Of a DNA stretch of 64,000 bases, positions 51,601 to 62,900 are shown in pieces. Every line of letters begins with the position of its first letter. Positions within the stretch are counted from its first letter, which is position 1. This DNA is from Raillietiella orientalis. Taxonomy: Eukaryota. The notes beneath the pieces were generated by a model. It was given only the letters and a program-made list of their open reading frames with translations, was not told where the DNA came from and did no database searches. The translations under genes were made by a program, and so were the position numbers. The stretch lies in NCBI GenBank assembly GCA_036172245.1, contig JAYWIR010000001.1, positions 3,348,001 to 3,412,000 on the forward strand. Reading direction: 5' to 3'.

Positions 51601-54600
51601 CGCACAGGAACTGCTTCTTGTTTTGCCTCCTCTGAAGAGAACCCCGAAGGGACGATTTCCAATTCCCTGAAGGGAGCTCCACCAAGGGAGTGCTTCTTGA
51701 CACTCTGGATACGCGACTCCCCGAGAAGGCATCAATTAGCTCCAAGGAACGGCTCCATTTTCACCAAAGAAGGGGTTGGATCCTGAAGGAAACCGTCGCT
51801 CTTTGATTTCTGGAGGGACGCCGTAGGACCAACTCCCAATCCTGGCCAGTCGGTGGGTGCATCCGGGAGTTTCCGGTTTCCACCAGGACGCACCCCTGCT
51901 GTCCTGCGTGCCAGATCCCGGCAGGTTCCTTTTCGTATTCCTAAGCAACGTGGCAGGATCAAACGTCCTGCCACAGACATATAAGTTTGTTTTATAAATA
52001 AATGCCCCGGCGTGACCGGGTGTCAACCAGGACAGCAACCGAAACCCGTGTACCAACCAGCGTTGCCCTGGAACCAACCTGCGACGCACCCTTCCACTCC
52101 CGTTTTGCGGTATCGATCCTCCACGTGGCGACTCGAACCCGCAATGCTCGGTGCCACGTCGAGCGGAGATCGCAGCCGTACGGCCCTGCCAACGCGGGGG
52201 GCGTGTGGTTCGGCTGCAGCTGCTAGGATACACCAGCACGCCATCAGAACCAGCTAGCATTCCCAGTTTGGTGACATCTCTCCACGTGGTGGGAAGATGC
52301 GGAAGGAAGAACACGAAGAATGGCAAGAGGAGTTGAGTGTTTGGGAAGAGGGACTGCAGGGATGTCCAAGGAAACCTGTGTGCCGGGTGAGGGAGAAGAA
52401 GGGTGGGAAGAAACACACACACACACATGCAGCAGGTTGGTTCGTTAGAGAAGGATCCAAGGATCCCTGGAGTTGCATCCAGAGACTGACGGAATGCTCA
52501 GGAGAGCAAGAAGCGAGAACGAAGAGGACTTTTTTTTCTCCCGGCAGAAGGTGAGGAGAATCCTGTCGTGACACTCTGGATCCGGATTCGCGAGGACGTG
52601 TGAAGATCACTGTCGGGGAGGAAGATTCCAGGGATAAAGATGGCTCGACGTGCTGTCCCGGCACCGCTCATTGCGATCTTCGCCGTTCTGGAGCTGACTG
52701 CTCCTCAGGAGCACCGGAAGGAAGCGCCTTTTTTGTTCCACCTCTGTTTGATATCCGCCTCTTTTGTTCTTTGTGGAGTTTCTTTGCAGAGTTCCTCTTC
52801 CCGCGGGTTCAAGGTCGAACCACTTGGTCGGCTTCCTCAGAGCCGGCTTCCCATCTCTCGTGGGGAGGCGGAAGAGGGAACCGTCGGCGCGTCTTCCTCT
52901 ACGTAAGGACTAGACGAATCTTCGAGATTCCCGTCTGGACCGCACGTGGGAACGGAGCGGAACTGGTCGTCTTGCTCGGTGTTCTCTGCGTCAGAGGCCG
53001 CGTCTCTGCGTGACCTTGAAGAAACCCGTGCCCAAGGCGTTCCATCAAGGAAGTTGCTCCAGACACCGAGGCAGCCGGCGCAAGTTCACCTCGGAGTTCC
53101 TGAAGAGCGACGGGTTCCCTCCCTCCCTTGACTGCCCACCCCCACCTTCTCCCCTCATTGGAAAGATGGCTCATTTCACTCTCCGAGGGGCTCCGGAAGG
53201 ACTCTCAAGAGTACGGTGGGAAAGCTTTCTTGTTTTTCACGGAACGTTTGGAAAATAAAAGTATGAGGAAATGGGAGGGGGAGGGACGCCGCAGATTGAG
53301 TAGTGGGAGCGTCGGTAAAATTCGATTTCATCCTTTCATCTTCAATTTCACCCTTTTTCAAAGGGAGGAATTGAAGATGCAGCCGTGGCTGACGGGCTTC
53401 ATTCCTTCACAGTATCTATGTTTTAATTTGAGTACATATAAAAGTATACAAATACAGTGGTACCTCGGTGCTCGTCGTTAATTCGTTTTGAAACTCGCGA
53501 CGAGTTCCGAAACCGACGAGTACCGAACGGCCCATGATCCACCACATGAACCATGAACCACCACAATCCATGAACCCACGATTAACGCTTAAAATGCATA
53601 GAAAGCACACAAACAGGAACGATTCGGGAGGTACTCTGCGGAAGTGCTCGGCACTGTTTCCGAGCTACCACGAGACGAAAGCGTTCACTTTTTTCATCAG
53701 GAGAGGGGGGGGGGGGTCGAGTTCCGAGCATGCGCCGAGTGTCAAAACGTTTTTTTCCTCGCCCAAAATCAGACGAGTACTGAGCTTGACTAAATCCGAA
53801 ACCTTTTATGAATAGAAGCGAATTAAATACAGCATGTCGATACGTGTATAGCTGTTTTAAATTTATTCCGTTTATTTGAAAACCGCTTTTTCCCATAAGT
53901 AACGCGAATGTATCGGATCAATAAATTACCACTCGACCGGGTACATTCGCATCACGGTGGCGCGAATCACATCGCGCGATTCGCACCACCTCCATCGTTC
54001 GGAACGCTGCGGATCCGAAAGTGGTCCGAGGTGTCCTGCGGTTCCCGGACAGCGTCGATGCTTCGGGTGTGAAGGTTGAAAGTGCAGCACGCGACGGGAA
54101 GCAGCAGCAGCTGAGATCGGCCAGGGTGGACGGCGCGCGTTGAACCCTCCAGAAGGAGGGGAGGAACGGGCGCGCGCGATGTGCCACGTCCCCCCCGCTC
54201 TCCTGCGTCACAAGGTTCGGCTTTTGCGGCTCTCGCGTTCAAAGGGGACGCGTCGCGATCGGCAAGCGGGGGGGGGGGAAGGCAAAACTGACCTTCGCAT
54301 TCGTGCGTCTCCACGTTGTACGTGTATCCTGTCCCGCATCCCGTGATGCGCGAGCAGACGTAGGATCCGATCGTGTTGTCGCAGCGCTGGGTCTCCAGGC
54401 AGATGCCCTGGTACAGGCCGCACTCGTTGATGTCTGGTCGAAGTTCGAGCACCTCCGGGTGCACACCCGCTCTCCCGGAAGCCATCATGCCTACCTTCGC
54501 ACCGGCCGTTGAGAGGGTTGCCCTGGAAGCCCCTATTGCACTGGCAGTGGTAGCCTCCGGGGGTATTCACGCACTTCTGGTCCTCATCGCAGGTGCGGGG

Positions 54601-57600
54601 GAGGCTGCACTCGTCGATGTCTTAAAGACAGTTCCTACTATCGCCACCCAACTCCGGACTGGAGGAAGCGGGCACTGCGCCCGCGTACCTGAGCAGGAGG
54701 TGGAGTTCCAGGAGAACCCCTCGTCGCAGAAGGGGTGTCCGCGTATGCACACGTAGCTGCCCTTCTGGTTGACGCACCACTCGCCCGGCGAACAGACCGC
54801 TTCGTCGCCCGCGCATTCGTCCACGTCTGGGGAGCACAGAAAGGAGGAGAGCGCGTCGTGGTCATCGTCCGGAAGACGGTCGATCCTGGAGGAACGGACG
54901 GAGGCGGGGAGGAAGAGGGAGGGGCAAGAAGGAAAATGGCATCCCCCCCCCATAGTGAGGGGGGGTTGGCTGGCAGCAGGGAGGCGGCTGCTCTCTGGAC
55001 ATTCGGGGCGATGGGGAACCACCGGCTCAGACCCGGAGGTCGGGTTCAGGCACATCGAGGGTGACGTGCCCCGGGGTTCATCCTTCCTTCTCTCCGGGAG
55101 AGAACGGTTTCTGGGACTCGTTCCCGACGCCCCTGACCTTGGCTTCCCGAACCGAAAAAAGCCAGGAGGATTCCTTGAAAACCCATTCCCAAGACAGAGT
55201 CGACCGTTGCCCGAGGGCGGGCTAGGGACGCCGAGCCCTGAAAACCATGTAGGAAGCTCGCGAAGGCGAGGTCATATGACCGGAAGCGACCGTTTCTCCC
55301 CTTCCTCCTCCTTCCCTTCCGCTCCCGTCCGTCGGCACCCGGGAAGCGGGAAAGCCAGAGAAGGGCAGAGTCGTCGACTCGCTGAGGAGCCGCCAGGAAG
55401 GGGAGGAACGGCAGGGTGTGCGTGGGGGGGGAGAAGGGAGGGAATGGGACGGGACGAGCAGTCGGTTCGAGCTCCTCCCGTTCCTGCTGCTCTCACCTTC
55501 GCAGAGATCCAGGGACCCGTTGTAGCGATACCCTCCCCGGCACAGGATGTCGCACTGGTAGCTCCCGGCGGTGTTGCGACAGAGCTGGGATTCTGGGGCA
55601 CACCCGTGGACGCCCTCAGCGCACTCGTCGATGTCTGAAAAGAGAGGGGAGGGGGCGTGAGAGATGTGCGGCGCCACCTCAGGAGCTCCCCCCTTCCGGC
55701 GGAAAGAGCTCGCAGAGCCCCCCCCCCGTGTCCTGTGAAGGACCCGAGGGGCTCTCTGAGCGGAAGTGACCACCACTGGTCCACGCTTCCTTCCTTCTCC
55801 TCCTTTCCCCGGAGGAACGGAGCTCTCGGAATGCGCGGGGCCCTGGTGGGCAAGCGTCTTCATATTCGGAGGGGCACGTCCAGGCTGGAGCATCGCCGAG
55901 GAAGGCTGCGGGCTCCCTGTTTTTTTGGCATCTGGCGAGGCATCCTGGCCCTGAGGGGCCCACGCGAGCGAAAGTCCTCCGATACGTTGCTTCCCCCCTC
56001 GGGGCATCCCCGTGCTTTCATGAGGAGACCCTGCGCCCTCCAGTCCGCGGACCGCTGCGTGGACGCGGCTCGCGCAGGGGAGGCAAGGTCCTCCTCCTCT
56101 GGAAGCTCTTCTGCGAGAGGCACCCATTCCAGCGGGGAAGGAGGAGGACCACCCAGCAACGAGAAAGGCCTTCTTCTTTCGCTAGCCGAGGGAAGCGGCG
56201 AGGCGGTGGGGCGGGAGGGGGGAGGGGAAAAAGCGACGGAAGGGGCGCGCAGGGAATCAGGGATGGGGGTCCTTACCTTTGCAGGTGGACTCCTCTTCGC
56301 TGAAGCGGTACCCTGGCTCGCATCTTCTGATCCTCCTCGAGATGTACGCGGCCGTCTTCCACAGGCGGCTCGGATGGCGCCCGAAGGCGTCGTCACCGCT
56401 CTTCCTCGGGAGGAGGTCCAGGCAGCTGAAGGAGCCCGGCGTGTTCCTGCACTCCTGGGCTCCCGGCTTGCACCCGTGGGCTCCGGTGGAGCACTCGTCC
56501 ACGTCTGCAATGGCGGACGGGAGAGGGGGGGAGGAGAGAGCGAAGCGAATCCGGGAGGAGGAGGGGCGATGGTGGCGAAGGGATGAGAGGGAACAGGGCA
56601 CGGGGGGGGGGGGGGGAGAGGGACGAGAGAATGAAATGGCGCGCTCACCGACGCAGGTGCGACCGTCGCGGTCCAGCGAGTATCCGGGGTAGCAGGCGCA
56701 CCGCACCGACGGACCGTCCTCGATGCATTTCTGGCTGCATAGATGGTCGCCTCGGCAACTGCGGAAAAAGAAACAGGGAGAGAGGGGGAAGGGGGGGAGG
56801 AGGAGGAGGAGGAGGAGGAGGAGGAGGAGACTCCTGCCTTCCTTCTTTCGTTCTTTCCTTTTGTTTCTTTTTTGGTTCGCCAAGTAGTGAAGGACTGTTC
56901 GCCTCCCTACGGGCAGGTCCCCAAACTCCAGTGCCGTCCACGCCAACCGAGGGTGCGTGGAACTTCTCAAGTTGGAGGGTACCCCGGCAGGATACCACCC
57001 TATGAATCAAGAAAGACTCCGCTTGGAAAGGAACCCCGAGAGGACCCTCTTCCGCATTCTCTCCGGAGGGACCCCCGGAGGAGGAATCACTCCTTCATCT
57101 CTTCTCCGGAGGGACCCCTACCCCCAAAGGATCCTCTCCTGGTTCCCTCCTGCCCTGAAGAGAACCCCGAAAGGAGCAGCGCGCTTCTTGCACTCTATAG
57201 AGGTATCGCTCCACCAGCTCCGTGGCACGCGATGGAGGGTCTCTCCCCATCACGAGCCCTCCTCCCCTCTCTCTCCGAGATGGACGATGGCCCCACTTTC
57301 ACATCCGGATGGGAACCCCGAAGGACTCCTTGATCCCTGGAAGCACCCCGGAGGGTCGACTCCCAAACACGGCCAGTCAACGGGGGGCGTCCGGCTTCCA
57401 CCAGTGTCGTACCCTAAGCCTGTAAGGTCAACCAGCGTCACCTTGCCAGGGGGACTCGAAGGACCCATCCTCCGTTTTCCGGCGCCTACCCCCCTTCCCC
57501 GAGTGGGATTAGAACTCGTGACGCCCAGTGCCGCGCGCGGACTTTTCTCCATTCTTCTCCCCTGTTCTCTCCTCATAGAAACGTCTCGCATCCCGAACAG

Positions 57601-59395
57601 GGAGAAAAAGACGGAGGACGCGTGGGATCTCGCCGGGAAGCTCTGACAAGGCGGTTTCCCGGGATCAGAGTCTCTTGCATCTCCGGGGTCCAGGTGTTAA
57701 AGTCAGCTGGCCCCCAGAGCCGCTCAGGCAGGAGGACGGACGTTAGGAGTTTGGGGCGAGCCAAAGGAAACTTCCCCTGCCTGAGGGGAAAACGGAAGTC
57801 GCGGAGCTGCTCCTGGGGAAGAGAGAGACTCGCAAGGAGCTCTTTCAAAACCTGAGGTCGCGCGCCCCGTCTGTAGTCAACGAAAGGCACGAGATCAGGG
57901 ACCCGGAAGCGATGCTGAAATCTGGAAGACCTCCCTCATCTCGCACGTCTGTCAGCGTCTCCTTCGGAACTGAAAGAAGACAGAGACGAGAAAAGGTGCC
58001 AGGAAAGGGGAGATTGCCTGACGGCCGAGGACGGCTACCACCGGAAGTTGCCGCTTTCGTGGCACCTCCGAGGAATGCCGAGCGATGTTCCCTACGAGAA
58101 AAAGGTCTTCACCAGAAGGAATGGTCTTCTTGGAAGGACTTTGCAGTTCTTCCAGCTCACCAGAAAGGACATGCAGAGGGCACGAGGAGAAGAAGAGACG
58201 GAGAAATGGGAGAATGGAAGAGGAATGAAGAAACAGAAGGGGAACGACGAAGAAGGAACGAAGAAAGAAGGAGAGATGAGCAAGGAGGAATGGAAACGAG
58301 GAACGAGGAAGACAGACGGAGGAACCATCTCATCATCAGGACAGGGGAAGCACAAAAAAATCAGCTTATGTCTCCGAAGAAAGGCTGGGTCGAAGACACG
58401 GAGCGCGACATGACCGACGAACCGTGAGAATCTCCCTTTTTTCTGCTGCCTCCTCGACGGAGAGTACAACCTCTCCCTGTTTGGATTTTGCTTCATCACC
58501 CCCCTAACCGGCGTCATCTACTCCAGGTGCCTCCCTGTAGGAGATGAACTTCGCGCCCGCCCAGCTACAGATGCGCGCCTATGAGATGAGATGATTCTGG
58601 AACCCAGAGGTGACAGACCCAGAGGTGAACCGCCGCAGCCCATTAGAACGGTTCGATCTGTTGCTCCTTCAAAAGAAGCACCCAAGTATTCATCCTCCGC
58701 CTCCACCCCCATCCCCATTCTGGTTGCTTTTGTGTTTCGGACACTAGAGGGACAATCCAGTCGAGCAGGGAGCTCACACTCCTACAAAAGGGTTTCGCAG
58801 TTCCTTCGGCTTCCAGGAAGGGCAGGAGGGGAGTTTTTGCATCGTGCCGCCAAGGCAAGGGGGGGGGGGAGCGACGGGAAAAGCGAACCTCCATTTCTTG
58901 AGGATGCGGAAGAAGGGAGCGAAGAGGCAGACGTCTCTTAGCTCGGTTGCAGCGCGCGGGAACTGAGAGATGCGACTTTCCCATGGGCTTCTTACCTGGG
59001 GCGAACGCACTGTTTGAGTTTGGCATTCCACTCTGACCCCGCGTCGCATCCGCAGCGAGGGATGCCGTCAACTCGCACGCAGAAGCGCTGGCATCGCTCC
59101 TCCTCTTCCTCCGTGCACTCATCCTCTGCGTGGTTGGAAAAGAATCGGTCGTGCGCGCGCCTGCGTGCGCAGGGAAGACGCACTCACTTTCTCCCTTCAA
59201 TCGGTGCAAGCAGCACTTATGGAAGACCTGCCTGAAGACCTGCGTTGAGTTGGAGAAGTTCTCAGAAAAGCAGGTGTCCGAGACAGCTCTCGTCCTCCTC
59301 CCGATTTGGCACGCGTAGCAGCAGTTCTGGTGGTACAAGAGCTTTTATTGGTGAAAGGCAGCCGAGGGCTCCCTGCAAATGTCGCCGTTCGCACC
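42691..59395 (-). CDS. FBLN1: Fibulin-1/2-like extracellular matrix protein (5' partial)
   Basis: Exons: 59395-59188 (anaphylatoxin-like, NCCYACQIG...VFHKCC), 59125-58996, 56758-56649, 56504-56277, 55634-55497, 54826-54689, 54620-54495, 54433-54293, 50907-50716, 49823-49686, 49634-49386, 48265-48154, 48115-47985, 47778-47652, 43096-42691. Tandem cbEGF modules (D[IV][DN]EC...C.N..GS[YF].C) and a fibulin C-terminal domain ([16 protein letters not shown]...[10 protein letters not shown]). Splice phases are consistent except for a frame break in the first exon. No signal-peptide exon was found. Confidence 0.92.
46090..46345 (-). mobile_element. Divergent SINE-like 3' fragment (copy E) with an additional second tail
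   Basis: ccgcggatggcgtcgaca...ccaaggaggccggaag...gttcttgagcac...aaaaaa resembles the family tail. It is followed by a different hairpin tail homologous to 24275-24350, then an A-rich run. Confidence 0.6.
51345..52200 (-). mobile_element. SINE-like family copy B (tRNA-like head)
   Basis: B-box-like GGTTCGAGTC at 52139-52130. Body homologous to copies C and D. 3' motif caccctcgggtggcgtggacagtgctaaaga...ttctttagcac. Confidence 0.8.
53455..53800 (+). mobile_element. Truncated pogo/Tigger-like MITE
   Basis: TA followed by CAGTGGTACCTCGG (a Tigger-type terminus), with internal repeats gacgagttccgaa, gacgagtaccgaa, gtcgagttccgag, gacgagtactgag. The right terminal repeat was not found. Confidence 0.6.
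56796..56829 (+). repeat. (GAG)n microsatellite
   Basis: Uninterrupted gaggaggag run beside the tail of SINE copy C. Confidence 0.95.
56845..57550 (-). mobile_element. SINE-like family copy C
   Basis: Degenerate B box (gagttctaatccc, ~57510). Shared body and tccacgcaccctcggttggcgtgga hairpin. Ends gaacc + A-rich tail, next to a GAG microsatellite. Confidence 0.75.
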
Positions 59396-60149
59396 CTACG
59401 GCGCAAGGGAGAGGAGGTGCGAAAGGCGAAGGGACCACCACACATCACACGTTCGAATGTTGGAGTTGACCTTGCCTTCTCCCCTTTCCCCCTCCTCCTT
59501 TCGGATGTTCCGGAAACCTCCGGAACTGGGAACTCCTTGGAAACTTTCGTAGAGGCAGTCCGTACCGCTGCTCTATTTCCCTGCTTGGTCTCGCGCGTCA
59601 CTCTCTGGAGCAGGAGAGCAGGTGTCTGGCGTGTGCACGTTCAGCAGGTGCTTCGAGAACTCTGCCCGCCGGATCATCCAAGCTCTCAGCTCGGACGCAA
59701 CTTTCTGGCCGCGCATTCTTCGCTGGCGAGTCTCGAGATGTGTGTGGAGCCTGGCTGGTCAGTCGCGGATGCCAAGCAGTACAAGTCATAGGCCTGTACT
59801 GATTCCATCTGCAAGAGGAATCCTCTCCCTCTTCGTAAATAATGATCCATGGCAGGGTTCAAGGAAAAGCTCTTGCAAAAGATGCTGTCGTGTGCCACGA
59901 ACTCCTTCGTGTTCCTTTTCCGCCCAAAGAGCGTACTCTCTCTTCCCGTTTGCTCGGACATCATCCCAATGAGTCAGGTTTTGGAGCGCTTTTCGGGTCC
60001 GCGGGAACGGACTGCAGTCATCAGGGTTCCAGGGTTTCACCACTCCCCTTCTGCGCTTCGAGATATGACTGGTCGTTAGAGACAGGTCTTCTCATCAGGA
60101 CCCATTCTTCTATACCCAAAGACTCACTCTTTCAATACCTTTGTTATCA

Positions 60150-60600
60150 TCTTCTACCAAGCCCCTAACAATATGTCTGGAGGCTGGCTCATCTTAGTTT
60201 GGATTCTTCTCCCTCATCCATCCTTTGCTTCTTCCGATCATCTGAAGCCACTTGGCCGACGACAAGCATTCGTAAGGATACGAATCAAGAAGGAATCGAG
60301 GAAGCCCTTCAGAAAAGGATTTGCCAAGTAAGAGGGAAACTGCACCTCAACGCAGCATCCGACAAGTGAGGGTTTCGAAAGGGGAAAACGCACAGTCACA
60401 TGACCCAGCGTTCCGGTGCTCCCGTACGCGTCGCACTTGACCTCGGCATCCTGTTCGTTCAGGGACCTCAGAGGGAAGGCACAGGAGGGAAGGACCATCT
60501 GCACACCGAACTGATCTCTGTTCAGGACCGCAAGCAACTGGGCGTGAAGAATCGCGTAAGAGAAAACGAGCATGAGGCAGATGGAACGATCTTATAGGTG
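60150..60600 (-). mobile_element. Decayed LINE RT fragment in fibulin intron
   Basis: VLNRDQFG..., KCDAYGS, LKGFLDSFL and LVEDD lie in RT motif order (QxGFR, KAYD, NFL, YADD). Confidence 0.35.
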
Positions 60601-61664
60601 GCTCCAGAACTCAGGTCTCCTCCATGCGATTCTTCAAATTCAGGGGAGTCGCCAACGCCGTGCCCTCGAAAACCTCGTAGCGAACTTCAGGAAACCAAGG
60701 ATCGTCTACACCGGAAAGGACATGCAGAGGGCACGAGGAGAAGAAGAGACGGAGAAATGGAGATGAAACCACTGGAAGAACCCCTCGTTGCATCTTCCGC
60801 TTCCCCTCAGGCAGGGGCCTTCCTGGCTTTGCGGGATCCATCCATCCTCCCAGGTCTCCACCATCGTCTCGCTGGCAGGGTTCCCATCGGCGTATCGATG
60901 CAAGAAGGTGAGGTGTTTTTCTCTGCAGGACCAGGAAGAGGCAGAAACTGTAAGGATGTGAAGGACCTTTCGCGGCAGCCCCCGTTTTGGTTCCTGCTAG
61001 AGAACTTTACGTGCTTTGCTGCCATGGAAGCACGTCCTTTCCACTCAGGATATTTATCTTTCTATGCCCTACTCCTGTCTGACACCATCCAAGGTTACCG
61101 ACCTGACTATTCCTTGACATCTTTGCATCCTCAACCTGCCGGCAGGAATCGAAGGATCTGGAGTCAAGCAGTGAGAACGGAGAAGGCCGGCTCCGCCTCA
61201 CCCCCTCACCCTCTTCAGGGTGCCACCTCCGTCTCTATCCTTCGTCTCTCCCGCTGAGCTTTTCTCAACGAGTGCAGCATGCAGCATGCAGATGTCTGCT
61301 CTGAGTTTCTTGAGGAGGACGGGCTGCTCGTATCACCAGAGATTCCCCAGAGAGTGGGAGTCTCCGTTCGCCATTTCCCGACGACGCGTCAAAGAACTGC
61401 CAACAAATCCCCGAATTCGCAAAGGATCGGCGTTGGCCAACTTAAGTAGATGAACGGATCTTCCTCCTCGCACGTGGAAAAATCAAGGATTCGATCTGAA
61501 AAAGTTTCCGGTTGCCAGAAAGATCGAAAGGGGGATTTTTTCTCAACCCCACCGTTTTGCTGACCCTGTCCACATCGTTGCTGTTGGGGGAAGGACCGGT
61601 TCGCCACCGGTGATGGAAATCCTTTCACGGGTTCTTCTGTTTTCGCTGCTTCCCTTCCAGCATG

Positions 61665-62435
61665 TTTTTTTTTTTTTTTGGTTCCCTAAGTGCTGAAGAA
61701 CCGTTCGCCCCTGAGAGGGCTGGACCCAAAAAGCTCTTCAGCACCGTCCACGCCTTCCGAGAGTGCGTGTAATTCTTTCAAGCTATAAAGGTACCCACGA
61801 ATCCAGGAAGGCTTCGGAGGAAGGACTCCGTTCCTCTTACTCTTGGGAGGAAACCCCGAAGGAAAACCTTCCTTCCCTATTCTCTCCGGAGGGACCAACC
61901 GGAAGGATCACTCCTCGTATCTTCTCCGAAGGGAACCCGGAAAGGGCTTGCTCCTGGAATTTCTTCCTCGGCAGGAATAAACTTGTTACTCCTTCCACAA
62001 AAGAACTGCTCTTTGCTTCTCCTACAGTGTAGAGAACCCCGAAGGGACGCTTTCAAATTTCTGTGAAAGGCGCTGCCCGAAGGGTGCTGCGCGCTTCTTA
62101 ACACTCTGGAGAGGCGACCCCCCGAGGAAATATCAACCAGCTTTACGGAACGGCTGCATTTTCAAATCCTGAAGGGCTCTTTGAAGTCCTGGAGTGACCC
62201 GGAGGGTCGACTTTCAATCCCAGCCAATCAACGGGGGCATCTGGGGATTTCTGTCTTCCATCGTTACAGCACCTGAACTCTTCAGATCAGTCCGCGTCAT
62301 CCACCGGGGGGGAACTCGAAACCCATAACACTGCCCCCATTTCTCGGCGTCAATCCTTCTTCATTGGGGTTCGAACCCGCAACGCTGGGTACCACGCTCG
62401 TGGAGACCAAGGCCGTCTACAACGCGGCCGAACTG
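61665..62435 (-). mobile_element. SINE-like family copy D (most complete: tRNA-like head, poly(A) tail)
   Basis: A-box-like ggccgcgttgtag (~62429-62417) and B box GGTTCGAACCC (62377-62367). Four cTTCGg hairpins. Terminal stem GTGCTGAAGA...TCTTCAGCAC, then gaacc and an A-run (T-run at ~61665-61679 on +). Confidence 0.85.
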
Positions 62436-62479
62436 GTTGAAGTGTGGAGGCGAGATCTTTGATCAGGAAGAGTCTGTTT

Positions 62480-62900
62480 CTGGGGATGCACCCACAACTC
62501 TTCACTGGATACCGGGAATTTTTGCCCTGAAGGAAATCCTGATGTTCCAAGCTGTGCGGGGTCCAAAGGTCGGAGCAGAGAGCTCTTGTGTTCTTGGGCG
62601 CAAGAGCGCGTGGTCCCCTTGCTTTTCTTCTTCCATCTGTGCGTCTTCTTGCACCCTTCGATCCCAAACTGCATTCTTCCGTTGCAAAAATGAGAGCTCG
62701 CCTTCTGGTGCTGGAAACTCAGCGATCCAATTCATCCAGCTGCTCGGATTCCCTAGTGATCAAATACAAAGCCATCCCTCAAAGCACAGCAGCAGAGTGC
62801 AACTGTGGAATGCGTTGAATCTCCACGGTCACACTGGATGTGCTGGCACTTGAGAAAACACTCTGTTCTTCGGTGTGCGAGGCCATCTCTTCCGGTGAAC
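62480..62900 (+). mobile_element. Decayed LINE 3' fragment (RNase H end and Zn knuckle)
   Basis: LHWIPG followed by EGN in a shifted frame (WIPxHxGIxGNE-like), and AECNCG downstream. Confidence 0.35.

Noticed and set aside
54769-57646. Long overlapping ORFs of 190-310 aa
   Set aside because: These are by-products of high GC, antisense fibulin exons and SINE sequence, with low-complexity translations.
59345-59347. Stop-codon reassignment
   Set aside because: PLAA ends in TAA and fibulin in TGA, and dozens of exons have no internal stops.
61690-61745. CTGAAGA...GCGAAC in the SINE tail as a hammerhead
   Set aside because: There is no GAAA or stem III, and the CTGAAGA is sequestered in the terminal stem.
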